From Candidatus Eiseniibacteriota bacterium (GTDB taxonomy: Bacteria; Eisenbacteria; RBG-16-71-46), in NCBI GenBank assembly GCA_041483195.1, contig JBGPFC010000021.1:1-64000 (forward strand): 64,000 bases of DNA, written 5' to 3'. Position numbers and translations under genes: made by a program. Below the pieces are notes generated by a model that was not told the DNA's origin, made no database searches, and saw nothing but the letters and a program-made list of their open reading frames with translations. Each line of letters begins with the position of its first letter. Position 1 is the stretch's first letter. Below, one piece after another: positions 60,052-64,000 of the stretch.

Positions 60052-61197
60052 CTACTGCCCCACCATCGTCACGCCCAGATGCGTCAACACGGCGCCGATC
60101 GGGTTCGCGACCGCCGTGCTGCTGCTGCCGGCGTAGAGCAGACCGACCGCCTTCGGATTGGTCGCGACATCCTGGACCATGAGCGAGCCGGAATCTCCGG
60201 AGTTCAGGAATCCGCTCCGCCGGTTGCTGATGATGATCTGGCCGGTAAACGTCTTGGTGAAGGTGGTGCCCGCGCACTCGGTCTCGTACCCGACGCTGAC
60301 CGTGGCGTTGAGCCCGCTGATCGTGCTGCGGGTGAGGCCGGTCGTGCGTCCGCTCTTCTTGACCGCCTGGCCCACGGACGCGGCGATGGTCTGCGCCGAG
60401 AGCGTGCCGATCTCGAGGATGGCGCCGTCCGTGCGCACCATGCCCGCGCGCACCTGCGCGATCGCGCAGTCCACGTTCGGAGTCGAGCCCGGAGGATAGA
60501 GCGTCGAGAGCGATGAGACGTCGGCCACGAAGTTGACGCCGCTCGTGCTGCAGTTGTTGTCGACGTAGCCGGGCTGAGTGACGTCGTCGCCGATCGCCGA
60601 CACCTTGCCGTTGCCGCCCGACACCACGTCACCCGCGAACACGTGGCTGTTGCTGAGGATGTACTGCACGCCGTTCTTCGTGACCAGCGAGCCCAGCGTG
60701 CCGCTGCAGCAGTAGCCGTTCGCGAGATCCGTCACCGAGCCGCCCGAGGTGCCGAGCTGAATCGGCGGCGTCTGCTTGGCGGTGTGGCTCACGCCGCCCC
60801 CGCCGCCCTTCATCGCGACGATCCTGCCCGAGACCTCTTCGATCACGCCGAAGCCATCGAGCGAGGCGGGCAGGCGGCCCGCCGGCATCGCGGATTCGGT
60901 CAAAACCATGATCGCCGGCCGTCCGGCCGCATCCGCGGTGATCGCGGTGCCGACCACGCCCGGCATGCGCATCAGCTCGGGCGTATGGGCCTGCTGAGCG
61001 CGCATCGCCAGCTGGACGCGCGCGTCGCCGAGCTTGAGCCCGACGACTCCATCCGGGGACGCGATTTCGGTCGAGGTCGTGGGAGCGGTCACGAGCGACG
61101 TCTTCTTGCTGCAGCCCCAGAGGACCGCACCAAGCCCGAGCATCAGGACCACCGCGACAACGGGACCTTTCCACGAGCGACGGGAGGACGACACCAT
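60052..61197 (-). CDS. Lipoprotein trypsin-like (S1, NAL1-like) serine protease with pro-domain
   Basis: LWGC lipobox; GTLG, ILSNSHV (His), VDCAIA (Asp), GRTTG.T, GDSGS (Ser), VGLLYAG; GGAGG SD. Confidence 0.85.
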   Translation of the reverse strand: MVSSSRRSWKGPVVAVVLMLGLGAVLWGCSKKTSLVTAPTTSTEIASPDGVVGLKLGDARVQLAMRAQQAHTPELMRMPGVVGTAITADAAGRPAIMVLTESAMPAGRLPASLDGFGVIEEVSGRIVAMKGGGGGVSHTAKQTPPIQLGTSGGSVTDLANGYCCSGTLGSLVTKNGVQYILSNSHVFAGDVVSGGNGKVSAIGDDVTQPGYVDNNCSTSGVNFVADVSSLSTLYPPGSTPNVDCAIAQVRAGMVRTDGAILEIGTLSAQTIAASVGQAVKKSGRTTGLTRSTISGLNATVSVGYETECAGTTFTKTFTGQIIISNRRSGFLNSGDSGSLMVQDVATNPKAVGLLYAGSSSTAVANPIGAVLTHLGVTMVGQ

Positions 61198-61386
61198 TGG
61201 AACCTCCGGGGGTGAGACGCCTGCTGTGGACGGGATGCCGGCGATTTGGCGCCGGCCGCCGCGGACAATCCACCCGTGGCGACCGGGGTTCAAGAGAAAT
61301 TTGCGGCATGGCGCTGCCACGGTATGAGCCTTGTCATGGAACAGCCCGCTCCGCCGACCGGTCTCGGGCCGGTCGCGCGGGCCGGG

Positions 61387-61402
61387 TGGAACGCTGATTG
61401 CA
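61387..61402 (+). promoter_or_regulatory. Putative sigma54 (-24/-12) promoter
   Basis: TGGAAC-GCTGA-TTGCA closely matches TGGCAC-N5-TTGCA, 43 nt upstream of ATG 61446. Confidence 0.7.
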
Positions 61403-61445
61403 GTCGATTCGGCATCCGGGGACTGGTGGAGGGAGGGGTTGTCGG

Positions 61446-62162
61446 ATGGGTGGCATCAACCTGAGGCGGGCGCGCTCGATCGTCCATGCCGCATCCGTCA
61501 TGCTTGTCGCGCAGGTGATCGGTCCCACATCGGCGCCTTGCGCCGAGCGCCGGGAGGTCGCCCCGCCTGAAGTCCGGCTTCCCGCGGATGTCGTCTACGA
61601 CCGCATGGTTGGCCCGGATAGCGCGGTCGTCTTCAGCCATCAGATTCACTTCGCGCTCGCCGGAAACCGCTGCACGGGGTGCCACCCGGGACTCTTCAGA
61701 ATACTGGCGCCTACCCCCAGCCCGACCCACCGGGAGATGAACGCGGGCGGCTCCTGCGGAACCTGCCACGACGGGCGACAGGCTTTCGGCGTGATCGACC
61801 GGAAGTCATGCACGTCGTGCCATGTTGGCAGGCCTACGCCAGAACGCGCAGGTCGCGACACTTTGTCCGCGAACCCGGGCGGGCCGCCGCGCGCTCGCGG
61901 GCCGAAGCCGATCTCGTACGCGCGAGGCGAGTCCTCACCCGGAGGAGTGACCTTCCGGCATGCGACCCATCTGCGCGAAGCCACCGCCTGCACCCGCTGT
62001 CATCCGAAGCCGTTCGCGATGAAGTCATCTCCGCCCCGTCCCGCCGGCGGGATGCACGAGAGCGCGGCGTGCGGCTCGTGCCACGACGGCACCACGGCCT
62101 TCGCCACCGGCGATCCGAACGCGTGCGCTCGTTGCCACGTCGAGACCCAGGGCGCCCCATGA
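61446..62162 (+). CDS. Hexaheme cytochrome c (two c7-type triheme domains)
   Basis: Six CxxCH motifs (CTGCH, CGTCH, CTSCH, CTRCH, CGSCH, CARCH), FSHxxH/FRHxxH; GGAGG SD. Confidence 0.9.
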   Translation: MGGINLRRARSIVHAASVMLVAQVIGPTSAPCAERREVAPPEVRLPADVVYDRMVGPDSAVVFSHQIHFALAGNRCTGCHPGLFRILAPTPSPTHREMNAGGSCGTCHDGRQAFGVIDRKSCTSCHVGRPTPERAGRDTLSANPGGPPRARGPKPISYARGESSPGGVTFRHATHLREATACTRCHPKPFAMKSSPPRPAGGMHESAACGSCHDGTTAFATGDPNACARCHVETQGAP

Positions 62163-62932
62163 GCTGGGGCCTGCTGCTCGATGCCACACGCTGCATCGGC
62201 TGCGGCGCGTGTTCTGCGGCCTGCAAGGAGCAGAACGGACTGCCGATGCCGATCGAGGCACGGCCCACCGCTTACACCTGGACGCTGGTCGAGCAGCATG
62301 CCGGCCTCAACGTGCGTCGCATGTGCATGCACTGTCTGACGCCGACCTGCGCTTCGGTCTGCCCGGTCGGCGCGATGCGCAAGACGCCATCGGGCCCGGT
62401 GGTGTACGACGCCGACAAGTGCATCGGATGCCGCTACTGCGTCATGGCCTGCCCGTTCGACGTCCCGAAATATCAATGGGACCGCCCGGTTCCGATCGTG
62501 GGCAAGTGCATCATGTGCGCTCCGCGGCTGGCCGAAGGGAAGGCCACGGCCTGCGCGAGCGTGTGCCCGACCGGTGCCACCCTGTTCGGTGAGCGAGAAG
62601 CGCTCGTCGCCGAGGCGAAGGCGCGCATCGCGCGCGAGCCGGATCGCTACGTGAATCACATCTATGGGCTCGACGAAGCGGGCGGCACGTCGGTGCTCAT
62701 GCTCTCGAGCGTGCCGTTCGGCCAGCTCGGTTTCCGCGACGACCTGCCGAGCGAGCCTATCCCGATGTTCACCTGGCGCGCGCTCTCGAAAGTACCGGAC
62801 ATCGTCCTGCTCGGCGGGGCGTTCCTGTACGGCATCTACTGGATCACGAAGCGCCGCGAATACGTTCGCCGCATGGAGGCCCTCGAGTCCGGAATCGCCG
62901 CGTCCCCTGGCGAAGAAGGACGGCGCCCATGA
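62159..62932 (+). CDS. 4x[4Fe-4S] ferredoxin subunit (HybA/NrfC/DmsB family) with C-terminal TM helix
   Basis: CIGCGAC..AC, CMHC..PTCASVCP, CIGCRYC..ACP, KC.MC..CASVCPTGA, YG..E.GGT. Confidence 0.92.
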   Translation: MSWGLLLDATRCIGCGACSAACKEQNGLPMPIEARPTAYTWTLVEQHAGLNVRRMCMHCLTPTCASVCPVGAMRKTPSGPVVYDADKCIGCRYCVMACPFDVPKYQWDRPVPIVGKCIMCAPRLAEGKATACASVCPTGATLFGEREALVAEAKARIAREPDRYVNHIYGLDEAGGTSVLMLSSVPFGQLGFRDDLPSEPIPMFTWRALSKVPDIVLLGGAFLYGIYWITKRREYVRRMEALESGIAASPGEEGRRP

Positions 62933-63999
62933 CCGCCGCCCCGGTCGACCAGAGCCCGCGGTTCCGGTGGAGCTTCTGGCGGGCCGTGTTCGCGGTGCTC
63001 TCCGCGGCCTTCGTCACGGCCACCGTGATTCGGTTCACGCGCGGCCTGGGGGCGGCGACGCATCTCAGCGACCAGTTCCCATGGGGGCTGTGGATCGGCT
63101 TCGACATTCTCTGCGGCGTGGGGCTCGCGGCCGGTGCGTTCACCATCATGGCGGCCGTGCACCTGTTTCATCTCGAACGCTTCGAGCCGATCGTTCGGCC
63201 CACCGTGCTCACCGGGTTCCTGGGCTATCTGCTCGTGGTCACGGCGCTGATGTACGATCTGGGGCAGCCGTGGCGGATCTGGCACGCCATGGTGTTCTGG
63301 AATCCGCACTCCGTGATGTTCGAGGTCGCCTGGTGCGTGATGCTCTACACCACGGTCCTGTCGCTGGAGTTCGTGCCCATGGTGTTCGAGCGCTTTCGGC
63401 TCGAGCGCGCGCGCCGAATCCTGCGCGCCGTCAACACGCCGCTGGTGATCGCGGGGGTGCTGCTCTCCACCCTGCACCAGTCTTCGCTCGGAACGCTCTA
63501 CCTCATCGTCCCCGAGAAGCTGCACCCGCTGTGGTATTCGCCGTACCTGCCGGTGCTGTTCTACCTCTCCGCGATCGGCGCCGGCCTGGCGATGATCATC
63601 CTCGAATCGCACCTGAGCGGGCGGGCCTTCGGACGCCAGCTCGAGATGGACCTGCTCGAGCCGCTCGGGCGTGCGATGGTCGTGGCGCTGGCGCTGTTCG
63701 GGATCCTGCGGCTCGACCTGTTGGCGCACGCCGGCGTGCTCGGGACGATCTTCGCACCGACCTATGAGAGTCACATGTTCCTTGTGGAATTCGGACTGGG
63801 CGTCGTGGTGCCGGTCACTCTCCTCGTGTGGCCCCGCATCCGCCGCTCGCCGACCGGGCTGGTGACCGGCGCGACCTTCGCGGTGCTCGGCTTCGTCATG
63901 CATCGGCTCAACGTGAGCGTCACCGGCCTCGAGCGCGCCAGCGGCACCCACTACGTGCCGAGCTGGATGGAATTCACCGTTTCGTTCGGCTTCGTCGCG
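62929..63999 (+). CDS. HybB/NrfD-family membrane subunit (partial, runs off the window)
   Basis: Manual translation: RF..GLG..T.LSD..PWGLWIGFD..GV.LAAG, DLG.PWR, S.MFEV..C..LY, STLHQSSLG; no stop before the edge. Confidence 0.9.
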   Translation, partial: MTAAPVDQSPRFRWSFWRAVFAVLSAAFVTATVIRFTRGLGAATHLSDQFPWGLWIGFDILCGVGLAAGAFTIMAAVHLFHLERFEPIVRPTVLTGFLGYLLVVTALMYDLGQPWRIWHAMVFWNPHSVMFEVAWCVMLYTTVLSLEFVPMVFERFRLERARRILRAVNTPLVIAGVLLSTLHQSSLGTLYLIVPEKLHPLWYSPYLPVLFYLSAIGAGLAMIILESHLSGRAFGRQLEMDLLEPLGRAMVVALALFGILRLDLLAHAGVLGTIFAPTYESHMFLVEFGLGVVVPVTLLVWPRIRRSPTGLVTGATFAVLGFVMHRLNVSVTGLERASGTHYVPSWMEFTVSFGFVA

Positions 64000-64000
64000 A

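Overview
Very GC-rich bacterial chromosomal segment. The Bacteroidetes-like bS22 protein and gene order suggest an FCB/Gemmatimonadota-related lineage such as Ca. Eisenbacteria; this is inference and not verified. It opens with a compact, apparently self-contained bacterial microcompartment (BMC) operon: 2 BMC-H, 1 BMC-T, 3 BMC-P and a CoA-acylating aldehyde dehydrogenase with an encapsulation peptide, but no signature enzyme. A long housekeeping stretch follows: HU, bS22, RNase R-like, PilZ, aroA-cmk-plsC-rpsA, mutS, yitJ-like, pgeF, PPIase, mutL-miaA-tRNA-Gly-der-plsY-gpsA, MerR-tRNA-Pro, surE-pcm-tRNA-Pro, acylphosphatase, an RpoS-like sigma factor and apt. The accessory end contains a Rieske oxygenase, a Cu-type P-ATPase cluster, three GT-C glycosyltransferases, a Phi-1/EXORDIUM-like protein, a lipoprotein serine protease followed by a free-standing copy of its own pro-domain, and a cytochrome c7/HybA-like/HybB-like redox operon with a sigma54-type promoter that runs off the window. 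No CRISPR array, IS element, integrase or rRNA was seen. All calls come from motif recognition by eye, without database searches.
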